This document shows positions 13,301-27,102 of a DNA stretch of 64,000 nt, piece after piece. Each line of letters opens with the position of its first letter. Positions within the stretch are counted from its first letter, which is position 1. The notes under the pieces are model-generated. The model ran no database searches and had not been told where the DNA came from. It saw only the letters and a list, made by a program, of their open reading frames with translations. Both the position numbers and the translations under genes were made by a program. The stretch is from Hypanus sabinus (taxonomy: Eukaryota), in assembly GCF_030144855.1 (NCBI RefSeq), contig NC_082731.1:27280001-27344000 (forward strand), read 5' to 3'.

Positions 13301-16300
13301 AGCCTGACAACATTCCTCTGTCCACCATGGTACTAGTTTTCTATTCATCCTATTTTTACTACTGGTTATAGATCCTTCTGTTGCCATAATAATTGCTGAA
13401 GTCACCTGACTGTTTAATTCATCTGTATCTCCAGAAATGTTAATCTTTGTCAATGCTTCTTCACTTAACTTCTGGAACTTACCCCAATCTGCTTTTCCAA
13501 ACACCCACTTTGGGATTCCACCACCTGGCCTTACTTCAACTCTTTCATCCACTGAACATAAATGGGTTAGTGATCACTGCCTGCTGTTGAAGCAGTCCAA
13601 ACTGCCCAGTTACTAATGCCAGACAAGACATTCAACACTAACGTAATATCTAATACTGACTCAGTTCCTGTTGTTATGTTTATCCTCATTCCTCTACCAT
13701 CATTCATACACACCAAATCCCTTTCTTCCATCAAATCTTCAATTACCATTCCATTTGAATCTGTAATCAGATCCCCCCATATCGTGCTGTGAGCATTGAA
13801 ATCTGCACACCACACTACTTTGTCTATTTTGTCCTTGTATCCTTAATAGGCTGTCCAAATCCAACCTTTTACATGGATTGTATTAGTTAATTATAACCAC
13901 TCCCTCCCCTCTCCCATATTTCCACCACTATGTATTCCTGATCGTCTCCTTTTTTCAGTACTCTATTCAGTATACCTTGCTTGATTAACATAGCAGAAGC
14001 TCCTCCTCCCCCTAGATTTCTATCTTTTCTTATCATTGTATACCCATGTACCACAAAATCTAAAGCTGGTTTCAACCAAGCTTCCTGAATACACACCAAG
14101 TCTGGTTTTACAACCATTTCCTTAATAAATTTCTGGCTATTGGCCAGTAAACCTTGCATTCCATTGTAAAAGAATTACCATAATGAGTACTAACCAACCT
14201 ATGACACTTCCTGGCTTGACTGATTAGTGAGGTTGTCCCTCACTTCTTCCCATGTCAGTCCTACTAACCCTAAATGGTTTACTGCTGCTTTGACCTCCAG
14301 CTGAATTTTGTCACTTTTTGACTTTACTTCTGCCATACTATTAATCACTCCTGCAATGAATGTTACTGGAGCTTTTTTTCCCACATAAATCCTGCCATTT
14401 ACTCTTCACTGCATCTCCTGCATCCCTTTTGCTCTCTGGTCATTAGGAGCATTATTCTGTTATCTTGACATTCTTACAGCTTCTGCATAAGAGATCTTTC
14501 TTTCTAAATCTTTTTATTATTATTAGTAATATGGACAGAATACAAATGATATATTAAGAAATTACAAACATACAAATTCCATTACAGATGAAAAAAACAA
14601 ACAATAGTTACAATATAAATGAGTTTACCAAGACATAAACCATACAATATATGTATGAACATGGTAAGTCTAAGTATTTCATAATATATGATAAAAAAAC
14701 AGAAAAAAGAAAACATAATGCAAAATTAGCTAATCTACTAATCTAATAACTAATAAAGTAAAAAGCAGCAAAAAAGAAAAAAATAAAGGGCTGTTTATAA
14801 TATCTCACAAGAATAAATATTCATCAATGCCGTCACATCCGGTCCTCTCAACATACATAAGCTAAAAGCTGGAAAATCAAATGAACTTGGAACAGAGTCA
14901 TATTACATCATATGAAAATGTTGAAAAAATGGTCTCCATAACTTTTCAAATTTAATAGAAGTCTCAAAAACACCACTTCTAATTTTTTCTAAATTTAAAC
15001 ATAACATAGTTTGAGAGAACCAATTAAATACAGTGGGAGGATTAATTTCCTTCCAATTCAACAATATAGATCTTCTAGCCATCAGAGTTAGAAATGCAAT
15101 CATTTGACGGGCAGAAGATAAATGCAGAGAGTCCATCATTGGTAAACCAAAACTTGCGGTAATAGGATGAGGTTGTAAATCAATGTTCAAAACTGCAGAA
15201 ATATCAAATATCTTTCCAATATTTTTCCAAAAATGAACAAGACCAAAACATATGAGTTAAAGATGCAATTTCAGATTGGCATCCATCACAGATAGGATTA
15301 ATACGATTAAAAATAAGCTAATTTATTCTTGGACATATGGGCCCTATGTACGACCTTAAATTGTATTAATGAATGTTTGGCACATATCGATGATGTATTA
15401 ACTAAGTGAAGATTTCAATCCCAATTCTCACTAGAAATAATAAGGTTAAGCTCTTTCCCAATCCTTTTTGGTCTTATAAAGGGGCTCTGAATTTTTTTCA
15501 TAATTATATTATAAAGTTTTGAAAGAAGCCCTTTTTGAAAAGGGTCTAATTCAAATAAACTCTCCAAAATATCTGAAGGCACAAAATTTGGAAACGCAGG
15601 GAGTACAGAACTTAAAAAATGTCTAATCTGTAAATATCTAAAAAAAATGAAATCTAGGCAAGTTATATTTGTTGGATAATTGCTCAAAAGAAAACAATTG
15701 TCCAAAAATAAATCAGAAAATCTTAGTATTCCCTTAGTTTTCCAAGCCGAATAAGCTTGATCTATAATGGAAGGGTGGAAAAAACAATTAGATACAATAG
15801 GATTATTCAAAACGAATTGAGTCAACCCAAAAAATCTCCAAAATTGAAACCATATACGTAAAGTATGTTTAACTATCGGGTTGTCAATTCGTTTTGGCAA
15901 TTTAGAAAGAGCAAAAGGGAGAGAAGTCCCTAAAATAGAACCCAGAGCATAAGCTGATACAGATTTAATTTCTAAACTCACCCAACTAGGGCCGAAAGAT
16001 CCACCCCAATCTTTCAACCAGCATAACAAGTATCTAATATTAACTGCCCAATAATAAAATCTGAAATTAGGTAATGCTAACCCGCCTTCCTTCTTTGTCT
16101 TCTGTAAATATATTTTACCTAACCTGGGATTTTTATTCTGCCATATATATGAGGAAATTTTTGAAACATTAGTAAAAAAGGATTTCAGAATAAAAATTGG
16201 TATTGCTTGAAAAATATATAAAAACTTAGGTAAAATAACCATCTTAATAGCATTAATCCTACCTATTAGAGATAAAGATAATGGTGACCACTTAGTAAAC

Positions 16301-19300
16301 AAACCTTTAATCTGATCAATTAAGGGTAAAAAATTAAATGTAAATAAATCTTTATGGTTTTTTGTGATTTTGATCCCTAAATAAATAAAAGAATCATTAA
16401 CTAATTTAAAAGGTAAATATCCATAAATTGGGACCTGTCTATTCAAAGGAAACAATTCACTTTTATTAAGATTTAACTTATACCCAGAAAACTCACTAAA
16501 TTGTGCCAATAATGATAAAACTGCTGGGATATATTTCTCAGGGTTAGAAATGAATAGTAATAAATCATCTGCATACAAAGATAACTTATGAATGTCTGTC
16601 CCATGATTAATACCCAAAATATCCTGCGATTGTCTGATGGCAATTGCCTAAGGTTCTAAGGCAATTTTAAATTGTAATGGACTAAGAGGTCATCCTTGTC
16701 TAGTGCCCCGAAATAGGTGAAAAAAATTGAGATCTTTGATTATTGGTAAACACTGAGGCTACTGGAGTATGATAAATCAATTTAATCCATTATATGAATA
16801 TTGGAGTAAAATTAAACTTCTCCAACACATTAAATAAGTAAGGCCATTCAACTCTATCAAATACTTTCTCCGCATCTAATGAAAACACGCATTCTGAAAT
16901 GTCATGTGAGAGAGTATAAACAATATTCAATAATCTCCTAATGTTAAAAAAAAGAATAGCGATTTTTAATAAAACCAGTTTGATCTTCTGAAATAATTTT
17001 GGGTAATACCTTCTCCAATCTGGATGCCAGTAACTTGGAAAAGATCTTGGAATCTACATTCAAAAAAGATATTGGTCTATAGGATGCAGAGTTAGTAGGG
17101 TCTTTATCTTTCTGCAATATTAGAGAAATGGAAGCTCTATAAAAAGATTGTGGCAAATTCCCCGATCTAATGGCTTCCTCAAAAACCTTACATAACAAGG
17201 GGAAAGAGTAGATGAAAAAAAAATTAAAAATTCAACTGGATAACCATCTGGACCCGGTGCTTTCCCAGAATTCATTGAGGAAATGAATATGTATATATTC
17301 ATATAATGAATATAAAAATCAGATCTAGTTTTCATTAACTTATTTTCATTCGAGGATGTAAGTAATAAACTATGTTCCATTTGAAGTTCAACCCTTTGTT
17401 TGTAAAGCTCCTTACTAGAAGCAATCGAATATTTCTTATCAATCTCTTTAATTTTATCAACCAATAAGAGTTTCCGTCTTAGTACGTTTTCTCAAACCGA
17501 CAGAATAAAAAATAATCTGTCCACATATATACGCTTTAAGTGTCCCAAAGTGTTCCGCAGGAGATATCTGTAGAATTAGTTGAAAAGAAGTCGATCTGCT
17601 CCTTCATAAATTTTATAAAGTCCGAGTCTTGCAATCAGGTAGAGTCAAATCGTCATTGTCTGGCATTAGAAGCTTTATCCGTAAATTTCATAGAAAGTAA
17701 TAATGGAGCATGATCAGAGATAGCTATAATATCGCAGTTACAACCGATTACCAATGGAATAAAACAAGAGTATACAAAAAAATAATCAATTCTCGAATAA
17801 GAGTGATAAGCATGTGAGAAAAAAGAAAACTCTTTGTCGTTAGAATGCCGAAATCTCCAAACATCAAAAACTCCATTGTCAGTCAAAAAAGAGTTAATAC
17901 AAGTGGCCAACTTATTAGGTAAAGTCTGAATAGATAAAGCTTTATCCATCAAAGAATTTAAACAACAATTAAAGTCACCACCCATTATTAACTTATATTC
18001 ATTTAGCTTGGGTAAAGAAGTAAATAAGGACTTAAAAAAGTCAGGACAATCCACATTTGGAGCATAAACATTAACCAAAGCAAACTTTTTATTACAAAGT
18101 AAACCCATAATTAACAAAAATCTACCATTTGGATCCGAAAAAATATCATGTTGAACAAATGGAATAGAGGAGTCAAAAAAAATTGAAACTCCTTTTACTT
18201 TAGCATTCGAATTTGCGTGATACTGTTGACCCCGCAAAAATCTAAAAAAAACAAAATTTGTCCTTCCTCACATGAGTTTCTTGTACAAAAATTATATGAG
18301 CAGTAAGTCTTTGGAATACTTTGAAAATCTTCTTTCGTTAATTGGATGATTTAAACCATTAGTATTCCAAGACACAAAATTAATGGTCTGAGCCATAATT
18401 CTAAAATCAACCCTTTGGTATAGAAAGGGTTAACCAACTTGGAAACTCACGCACCCGGAAGAGGAAGAAAAGTAAAGAGAGGACCCAGAAGTGACGACAA
18501 CACAGACATATTTGAAATTCAAAAACAGCCCAAATGAAAAAACTAACACAATCTGATACAAAATAGAATTAGGAAACAGACCATCCCCCCACCCCCCAAG
18601 AAAAAGAGAAAAAGCCAAAATATGACTTAAAGGAAAAAATGAGACTAATTCTACCCCTATGTCAGCGGAAGAACACTCCATATATAAAAAGATATATATA
18701 AACAATATCACCCGAACTTTAAAAATTAAAATCGCTATAATAAAAACCATATTTCTAAGTATAGTTAATTGTAAAAAATAAGAATAGTCACAAAAAAACT
18801 TATAAATCGGGCTCTAGCCCAGACAAAACAAAAAATATTTAAGCTATGATAAGCAATGCATTGTAGGAAGAAGACGAAAGAAAGAAAAAAATAACGCCAT
18901 CTTAAGCAAAACCAAAAATCTTTTTCAAAAAACCACCATCTTAACCAAAAAAATTCACCTTCAAAGAGTTAAAAATATACCTTCGAAGGAACAAAGTTAA
19001 TAGACAAGAATGTAGTATAATGGTTAAAGTGTAGAAGGCAAAACAATTGATATAACGAAAATGCACTTTAACTTAAGTATAAAGTATAGGATGAACCTAC
19101 ACCAATAACCAGAGGTTAATTCTGGTTTAAGAAATCGAGAACCATCTTACACGATCAGAATCGTTCATTTATTAGAGAGTGGTGTCTATAGCGGTAGGGA
19201 AGTCCTTCTCCAGATAATTTCTCGCTTCTGAAGTTGAAAGAAAAACCTGGCGTGGAGCATTCGACAGAGAAATTCGAAGCTTCGCCGCTTCAGGAGCGCA

Positions 19301-21300
19301 GGTTGCAGATTTTTCTCATAACATTCAGCCATCAACGGTTTAAAAAGAAGCCTTTAAAAAAAAAATCATGACTAAAGTCTTCAACCAGACGGAAGCAGTA
19401 ATCTTGGATTTTAACCATTCCTGCCCGACGAGCTGCACGTACAAGTTGTTCTTTGTCGTGTACATAATGGAACTGGACAACTACAACCGAAGGTTTGTCT
19501 TTAGCACTTGGTGAGCGACGCCGAATTCTATGTGCCCGATCCAATAAAGGAGGGTTATTCGGGAAAATCATCGGAAACGCTTCTTTTAGAAGTTGAGCAA
19601 AATATTTCGAACGGTCATCTTTTTCTATGCCGTCTGGAAGACCAAGTATACGTAGGTTCTGTCTTCTGGACCGATTCTCAAAATCGTCACTCTTTGCTTT
19701 AAGGGCTTCCATCAGCTTAATGGTCAAAATTAAATCCTGTTGCAGTTTTTCAATCGTCAAATCTCGCTTCCGAGCATCTTCTTGCAGAGATGCAATAAGA
19801 GCTTGTTGCTGGTTAATTACTGAATCCGTCTTAACCATGTACTCTTGAAAAGCCTTTATACCTTCTTTAAAAAATTGTTGTTGATCAATTTTTTTGTCCA
19901 AAACCTCCATAAACAATTCATAAGTTAATTGAGTTTGTTATGGCGTAGCCTGCTTCTTTCCGTTACCGTTCAGATTGCGTCTGGGTTCTCGTCCCTTAGA
20001 CCTGAGAGACATTTCTGTTTGCATATCCTCAAAAGTTCACAACAAACTCTTGGCAGTAAGTTTAAAAAAAAAATTAACTAAGAAACTTTCGGTATAGGTA
20101 AAAGTAAGCTGAATAAGGGTGATCAAAGGTTAAAAAAAAAGTAAAGGTTATGGAGCGAATCCAAAACAGTACTCACTCCATGAGCATCTCCCACTGACTC
20201 CGAGATCTTTCTTTTCACTCTTATTACTTGAATTTTATTCTCCCGTCTCATAACCTCACACCCACTATATGCCACATTATGAGCTCCTCCAAAATTACAG
20301 CATTTTGGTTGCACACCTGTTCCACACTGTCCATATTCATGATCATGCCCATATCTAGCACATCTCCTCTGCCTTTTACAGTTTTAGCTATGTGCCCAAA
20401 CCTTTGACAATTATAGCACCTCAATGGCTTTGGCACATATACCCTTACTGGGTAACTCATGAAACACAGGAACACTTTCCTTGACACTCTTTCTTCTTCA
20501 AATTCAATCAATACTGTTTCACTTTCCTTTTTCATTCTCCCCTTTGTTGTTTTCAGTCCTAGAACATTAATTACTTCCCCCCTTTGATATTCCTCTTCAA
20601 CTCCTAAAATGTTTATACTCATTGGTACACCCATGATCACTCCTTAACAACCAGCATTTCATGCTCCCATCCTCCCTGTATATTCCACCTTGCATTTTCC
20701 TATCTCTTTTAGCTTGAGTGCTTTCTCAAGTTGTTCCTCATTCACACATTTTCCCAATAGATTGCCATCATTAAGGACTTTTGCAAATACTATTTCCCCT
20801 ATCTTATTTGCCAGAGTTGTTGGTTGCACAAACAGGTTAATTTTCTTCATGTGTCCTTGCACCTTCTCATTAAATCTAATAATGACACCTCCTCACTGAA
20901 CTTGTTCATCTTCCTCACTTTCAGAACTCTCTCCACTGTCATTTCTTACCCTTTTATTCCCTGTCTCAGTTTTCATTCATCTATCCCCTCACTATCTCCT
21001 TATTCCCTTTATTTCTCCCTTCACAATAATCCATTTCTCCCCAGCTGCCTACCTCTGATCCCAAATCCCTATCCTGATCCTTCTCCACTCTCTTTCCCTC
21101 AGCCCCCCCTCTCACCTTGCCTGCCAATACCAGACCTAGGCAACCCCCTCCCAGCAATTCCCACTCCTTCCCCACTCTCTTACCCACAACAAGTTCCAAA
21201 CCACATTCATACATGCACTACCACCTTCCAACATCAATTCCCACTTTCAACCCAGCAAATAAAGCTGAACCCAGGAGCTATTTATGCAGCCAGCCCAAAA
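10385..21300 (-). mobile_element. Nimb/I-clade non-LTR retrotransposon with RNase H, near full length, degenerate, interrupted by an L1
   Basis: ORF1 zinc knuckles PLRCYNCQRFGH and CCNFGGAH (20123-20899). ORF2 starts at about 14181 with endonuclease motifs (CIQEAW, DFNAH, GSDH), RT (YFDIEKAYD, LFAEDGALW) and RNase H (FLWVPVHVGVKGNERVDDLAK). Rejoining across the L1 restores RKISYAEAV. Confidence 0.85.
14504..20201 (-). mobile_element. Full-length L1-clade LINE #1 (ORF1 + ORF2, decayed), with 13-bp TSD
   Basis: ORF1 RSRRQNLRILGLPDG (19332-19916). ORF2 starts at 18396 (VSWNTNGLNHP) and contains GDFNC, ISDHAP and LYADD. TSD GAGATCTTTCTTT is at 14491-14503 and 20202-20214. Confidence 0.92.
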
Positions 21301-22319
21301 TGAGAATCATGTGCCTCAATTAGAGCACACCAACAGAACAAGGGAAAACCTGAAAACCTGGAATAAGGAATGATGGACTGGACCGTGAAACAGAATGCGG
21401 TCTTCACGGACCAGATTATGATACTATTTTTCTAAGCTCCGTGTACATTACCAGGAGTCTCTTTAAAGACCCTATCATATCTACCTCCACTACCTGTCAG
21501 TCACCTTATGTACAGACACTCCTGTGCTTAATGACACTTCCTGATGATACAATTAATCTATGTATATGCACTCTTGCGTACTTATATTGATAGTGTTTTA
21601 TTATTTTTGTGTCCTTTATCTTTTGTGGCTTTTTTTTTGTGCTGCATTGGATTTGGAGTAACAATTATTCCGTTCTTTCTTTCTTTCTTTCTTTTTACAA
21701 TATTTTTATTCAGAAGAAAAAAAAGATTTTCAGAGTGCAAGACATAGATACATCTCAACATAACTTGTGTACATTCATATATTGTAATAAAATTGATCAA
21801 ATTGTTATAGCATAACATATAAAGGTATACCACTCTGTAATCAAAAATTTAAAGATAGGTCATACATCATAAAAGAAATTTTTACATATATAAAAAAAGT
21901 CAACCCCCTACCAACTACCAAAGCAAAGAGCTGATGGATGACAATGGATAATTAGAAAAAAACATTCACTTAAGAAGAGAAGATAAAAATATACATAAAA
22001 GTCTGTGCACTGTTAAACTTTATAAATTGGAGAAGTAATTTAGGAAAGGTCCGCAAATATCATAAAAAGATTGTTTCGAATTTAAGACTGAACAGCGGAT
22101 CTTTTCTAAATTTGAATGCGACATAATATCACGTAGCCATTGAAGATGTGTAGGGGGGTAGACTCCTTCCATTTAAGCAAGATTGCTCTTCTTGCTAAAA
22201 GAGAGGTAAAAACTAAAACCTGTAGGTTAGGAGTATTTGAAGTTATATCTTCATTTGCAATAATATCAAATAAGGCAGTAAGGGGATTTGGGTCAAATTG
22301 GACCCTAAAAAGTTGAGAG

Positions 22320-22884
22320 TGTCGTGGTTTTTCGTGCCTCACAAATGACCAGGAGACGCAGAAGATTCTTCAAGAAGGGTTAAACTTTAATTTGCAAATC
22401 AAAGCTGAGACAGTCAGTGAGCTAGTCGCTGATTGCCCACCGATCCTCAGACACAGCATTTTTTATAGCAAAATCCTGGTCCAGTTTCACACGTACGTCC
22501 CATTGACTTAATCATGTTCCAATCCACATCTCCCAGCTGTCTCTCACCAACACACCATCTTCTACATTCTTAAGATTTCATTCTCCTACTAAATTGGGTA
22601 CATGCATAGCAAACAGCAAACTTCAAAGCTGACTACATCTCTTAGCTACCTTTCATTAGCATATATTAACACACCATTGTCTTCTATATTCCTAGCATTT
22701 CATCTTGGGTACATGCATAGCAGATAACATTTCTTCAGCTACCTCTGTTAACAGACTATTGTCTTCTACATTCCTAAGACTTCATTCTACTAAATTGGGT
22801 ACATGCATAGCAGACTGACTAGTTACACAGCAAACGATACAAGTTTTATACTCCATAATATTTTTATACTCCAATACTCCAATA
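22320..22884 (-). repeat. ERV 3' LTR
   Basis: Near-identical to 30106-30670, with a few percent differences by eye. It has three internal U3 repeats, TATA-like TATAAAA and ATTAAA on the minus strand, and is preceded by the PPT at 22885-22897. Confidence 0.93.
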
Positions 22885-23102
22885 TATAGCCCCTTTGAGA
22901 CCCAGAGGGACTCACAGAGAGAAAAAGGCTAAGAGTCCGCGCACAAAAGCCCCAATAAACTCAAGCATTTATTCCCAAATCTCGGGTTAAACTATAATTT
23001 TCTGTGCCAAGACCTCAAAGTATTCTCTCCCTGTTACCCTGGGCCGCTGAGCCAAAAACCTGTCCCTTTGTACCTGAGACAGGGAAAAAGACTCATAAGC
23101 CC

Positions 23103-24769
23103 TTACAATCTACTCCCACACTGTCGTTTTGCTCGTTCATCCTGCAGGTGTTGTAGGCTGTAACTATACATTTTTGGTGTTTCTTTCTCCACTAAGCTTG
23201 CTTCAGTAATTGCCATGAGCATCAGAAATTGTTTGGTTGCAGCACGCACTACAAGAGATTTGAGACAAGGAAGAAAACAGCACAGCACAAACACACAGCT
23301 CAACAATACAATACTGACAGTTATTGCTATTTTAGTCAGCCATGCTCCCCATCCTCCGAGTCTACTTTCCAACCAATCAAAAAACTGATGTTCAAATCCT
23401 GCATTCTGTTTGACCTCCGTCTGCAGATTCTTTAATTTATTCATTGCTTTAGTAAATGATCCTTCTGGGCTAGTATTGTTCGGTATGAAAGTGCAGCATT
23501 GTTCTCCAAACATTACACACACACCCCCCCTTTTTCTGCCAAAAGCCAATCCAGTACCTGTCTGTTTTGCCACGCCATCCTGCTAGTTGCATCCAGCTGT
23601 TGCCCTAAGGCCTCCAGTGCAACATCGCTATAGTTGATGAATCTCTGCTGATTATAGTATATATAGTTTATCCATTCAACATTTTTGCTTACCCCTATCA
23701 CAGGTATAATAGCTTCCCAGCCTGCAGCAATCTCATTTCGTGCCTTGAATTTGTTAGGTATACCTCTCGGCTGTCCTATACTGTCAATCCGGATTGTCGG
23801 GTCTGGGTCATATTTTCTCTTCTGCCGTAGCAGTGTCCGCTGCTCAGGGAAGTTAGCATTGGACTGTACTTCAGGGGACATTATAACTTCCTGAAGCAGC
23901 ATCACACGCGTACATGTTCCTTCCCACCTGAGGGGGAGCGTAGATCTCAGACCTCCTTCCTGTCCACACAGCCACACAGCCACCAAGTGTCTGCTAATGG
24001 GATAGTCTGAGAGTCCATTGCATCCTCAGGAGGAGGGGAACCTGTCCAGTGTCTTTTACCTGGGGTTATATCCAGTCTGAGTACAGTTGCCTCGGAAGTG
24101 GCCAACCAGGTGAGTGCCCACCCGCATGAAACATTCATAACTCAGATGGTCCTGCATTATAAGCTGTTGCAGTGTAGGTGTCTGGCTTCTTTTATTTATA
24201 GCCCATGGTCTGCTGTAATTGCATTCAGAGGCAAGCTTGCTTTGATCAAACTTCGAGGAAGCCTGATACAGCATACACCAATAGGGGCACATCGGTGCAT
24301 TGTTCAGACAGTTTTGATAGCAGGGATCTGCTTTAACGCAAATACTCATGAATCAAGCCCTAACCGGACCTGGACACTGTCGTTCGCATTGTTCCCTGTG
24401 CTCTCTTCGCCACTGCATGCAGGTGGAGGAGTTATAAGGCATGGGAACTACATGCGGAGTGGGGCTTTCCCTTGAGCACAGGTAACAAATTTGTCTCTTC
24501 ATCATTCCTGCCGTGTATGTTGCCCATTGATACCACTGATTAGTACGTGTCTTTAACCATGGTGAGGAGGTAAGTGTCGTGCTCCTTTTACTTCTTTTCT
24601 GTGGGTTACCAGTCCCATTCCATATCTGCCACACTAATGGTTCCCAAGTCTGCACTAGAGTTTGTGGGTGCTCTGTCCCCAGGGACACAACTGGTCGTTC
24701 CCAGCTCATCCCCATTATCTGAAGAAGCCCTACTATCCACCACCACATCCTGGGGGTCTTGCGGCCCAT
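23103..24769 (-). pseudogene. env: ERV envelope, frameshifted
   Basis: Hydrophobic signal MWWWIVGLLQIMG, CYLC (CXXC) and furin sites RSKR and RQKR. The immunosuppressive domain QNRQVLDWLLAEKGGVC, CX6CC (CVMFGEQCC) and a TM helix follow. The frame is split over ORFs 24353, 24056, 23513 and 23103. Confidence 0.92.
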
Positions 24770-25622
24770 CCGCAGAATCAAAAATCTCCCTTACTAATTG
24801 ATCAATCTCCTGCGGTGCAGTGTCAGCTTCTTGTTTCCCCTGTCTGTCTCCCGCTAACTGCCCTTCCGCATCACTTACCTCGGACACTTCACCTGATTGC
24901 CCTTGTAGGATTGCCCTTGTGCAATGGTTCAGATGGTACCAGGTGGAGCGGCCTTCTACCTGAACTGCGGTGGGTGATGCCTTGGTTACCGTAAAGGGTC
25001 CTTCCCTTCTTGGCTCGTTCCACTTTCTCCAAAAAACTTGCACGTAAACCTGTTCTCCTGTTTTAATCGGTCCTTTCCCTTGTATGGTCTCCGACTCTTC
25101 CTGTTTTTCCTGGGCATAAATAGACCTATGTATCATAGTTAGCTGCTGCATGTATTGTTTCAATTCTATTTCCAATTGTTCCAAATTAGGTCCCTTATAC
25201 GGCCCTCTTCGCTGGGGCACTGGCATGGGCCTCCCAGTGAGCATCTCATGCGGTGTCAGGCATGTGATTCGATTAGTTTGCATGCGGTAACTCATCAACG
25301 GTAAGGCATCGACCCAATTAAGTTTAGTATCTGCACAAATTTTGTTTAGTTTGACTTTTAGGGTTCCATTAATTCTTTCTACCATGCCCTGCGACTGAGG
25401 GTGGTATACACATCCAAATCTTTGCTTTATCCTCAGCGCCTGTAGTACCAGTTTGACCACTTTCTGGATAAAAGCTGAACCATTGTCTGAGCTAACTTCT
25501 GTAGTTATTCCAAACCTTGGGATCACTTCATTTGTCAGAAATTTTACCACAGTCTTTGCCCCTTGATCTTTTGAAGGTACCGCCTCCACCCATCTGCTAA
25601 ATCGATCAATTACTACCAGCAT
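24606..25622 (-). pseudogene. pol: ERV integrase core and C-terminus (N-terminal zinc finger deleted)
   Basis: VVIDRFSRWVEA, SDNGSAF, HPQSQGMVERINGTLK and GPFTV motifs. Confidence 0.9.
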
Positions 25623-26400
25623 GTATCTGATCTGGTGCTAGCGCCTTCACTCCCTTGGATATTACCCTGCCTAAGTATTCCACTTGTTGCGTGCAAAATT
25701 GCAGTTTCTTTCTGGATACTTTATGTCCTCCGTGCGCCAGCTTCTCTAACGCAGTTATAGTGTCCTGCTCACACTGTTCCTTGCTGTGGGAGCAAATCAA
25801 CAGGTCATCCACATGCTGTAACAATGTACTTTCCAATGGCATACCCTCTAGGTCTGCCTTCAATACCTGATTAAAAACGTGTGATGAATGTTTAAATCCT
25901 TGCGGCATTCTGGTATAGGTATACTGAGCACCTCTGTAAGTAAATGCAAACAAATACTGACACTGGTGGGCTAGAGGAATGCTGAAGAAAGCCGAACACA
26001 AATCAATCACTGAAAAGTAACTTGCTTCTGGTGGAACTTTAGTCAAAAGCGTGTGTGGGTTGGGGACTACCGCTGGTCAGTCCTCTACCACATCATTTAC
26101 CGCTCGCAAATCATGCACCAAACTCCACTTAGATTTATCTGCGTTTAAAACCGGCAGCAACGGGGTATTGCATGGACTGTTTGTTCTTTTAAGCACTCCT
26201 ATTTCAAGCAACCCCTGCACTGTGGAATTGCTCCCCCTTTCAGCCTTATTTCCACCGGACTAGCTGTTTTTATTTTCCCTACGTCCGTGTCATGCTGTGA
26301 CCACAGAATAGACCGCAACTCATTTAAACTTTTATCTTTCTGCTGGCCTCTTTCCTTTCCCAGCAAGGGCAGGTGTGGTTCGGGGTTATTTCGACCTCTC
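25606..26400 (-). pseudogene. pol: ERV reverse transcriptase, truncated (RNase H missing)
   Basis: SPCNTPLLPV, HDLRAVN, IDLCSAFF, RMPQGFKHS and HVDD (YVDD degenerate). There is an in-frame stop at about 26080. Confidence 0.9.
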
Positions 26401-26507
26401 TCACTGTCCCTACCATATCTACACTTACCATTATTTTAATGCAATTGTTGTCTTCTGATATCCACACCTCCACACTGTTACGGTTTCAGCACTCTTAACT
26501 AAGGGTC

Positions 26508-27101
26508 CTAAGTCTTTAGACTTATGTTTACCATGTTTACCAATAACGTTACGTGGGGCGCAGCCTCCGGTTTCCTGTACCATTTTTCTAAAAAGGTGTT
26601 CCATTTAACTTGTAAAGCTGCCCCTTGCTTTCCAATTATCACAGCCTCCCCTTCCAGGCGCTGCTGGATACACGCCTCTAGGTGCCTTTTCTCCTCTAAC
26701 TCCCTGTTCTGAGTTTCGTCAAAAATCACTGTACAATGTAGCTCAGATTTGGGCATTACAGCCCTGGATAATATAGCCTGCACGCCCTTTTTCCATTTCT
26801 CCCAGGTTTCCTGAATCTGATCTGCGATGTCTCCTATCCAAAAGACATTAGCCTTCTTGTCTTCTCGCACTATCCATTGAGCCCCTGCTCTTTTCACACT
26901 CAGCCCATTTCTGGTGCATTCTAATTTTAATTCCAATTTCCATAAGGCATCTCTGCCTAACAAATTAAATGGAGTTCCTTTAAATACTAGCAGCGGCAAA
27001 ACAACTTCTTTATTTCCCATTCTCAACCGCACTGGAGCCGTGCACTGTGTCAACTGTGTTTTCCCCGAGAACCCTACCTTCTTAATAAACTTTCCTGACA
27101 T
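26508..27101 (-). pseudogene. ERV protease C-terminal half followed by a 2H-phosphoesterase-like domain
   Basis: NLLGRD protease motif without an upstream D-T/S-G. It is followed by LHCTV (His codon 26738-26736) and PHVTL (His codon 26555-26553). Confidence 0.75.
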
Positions 27102-27102
27102 G

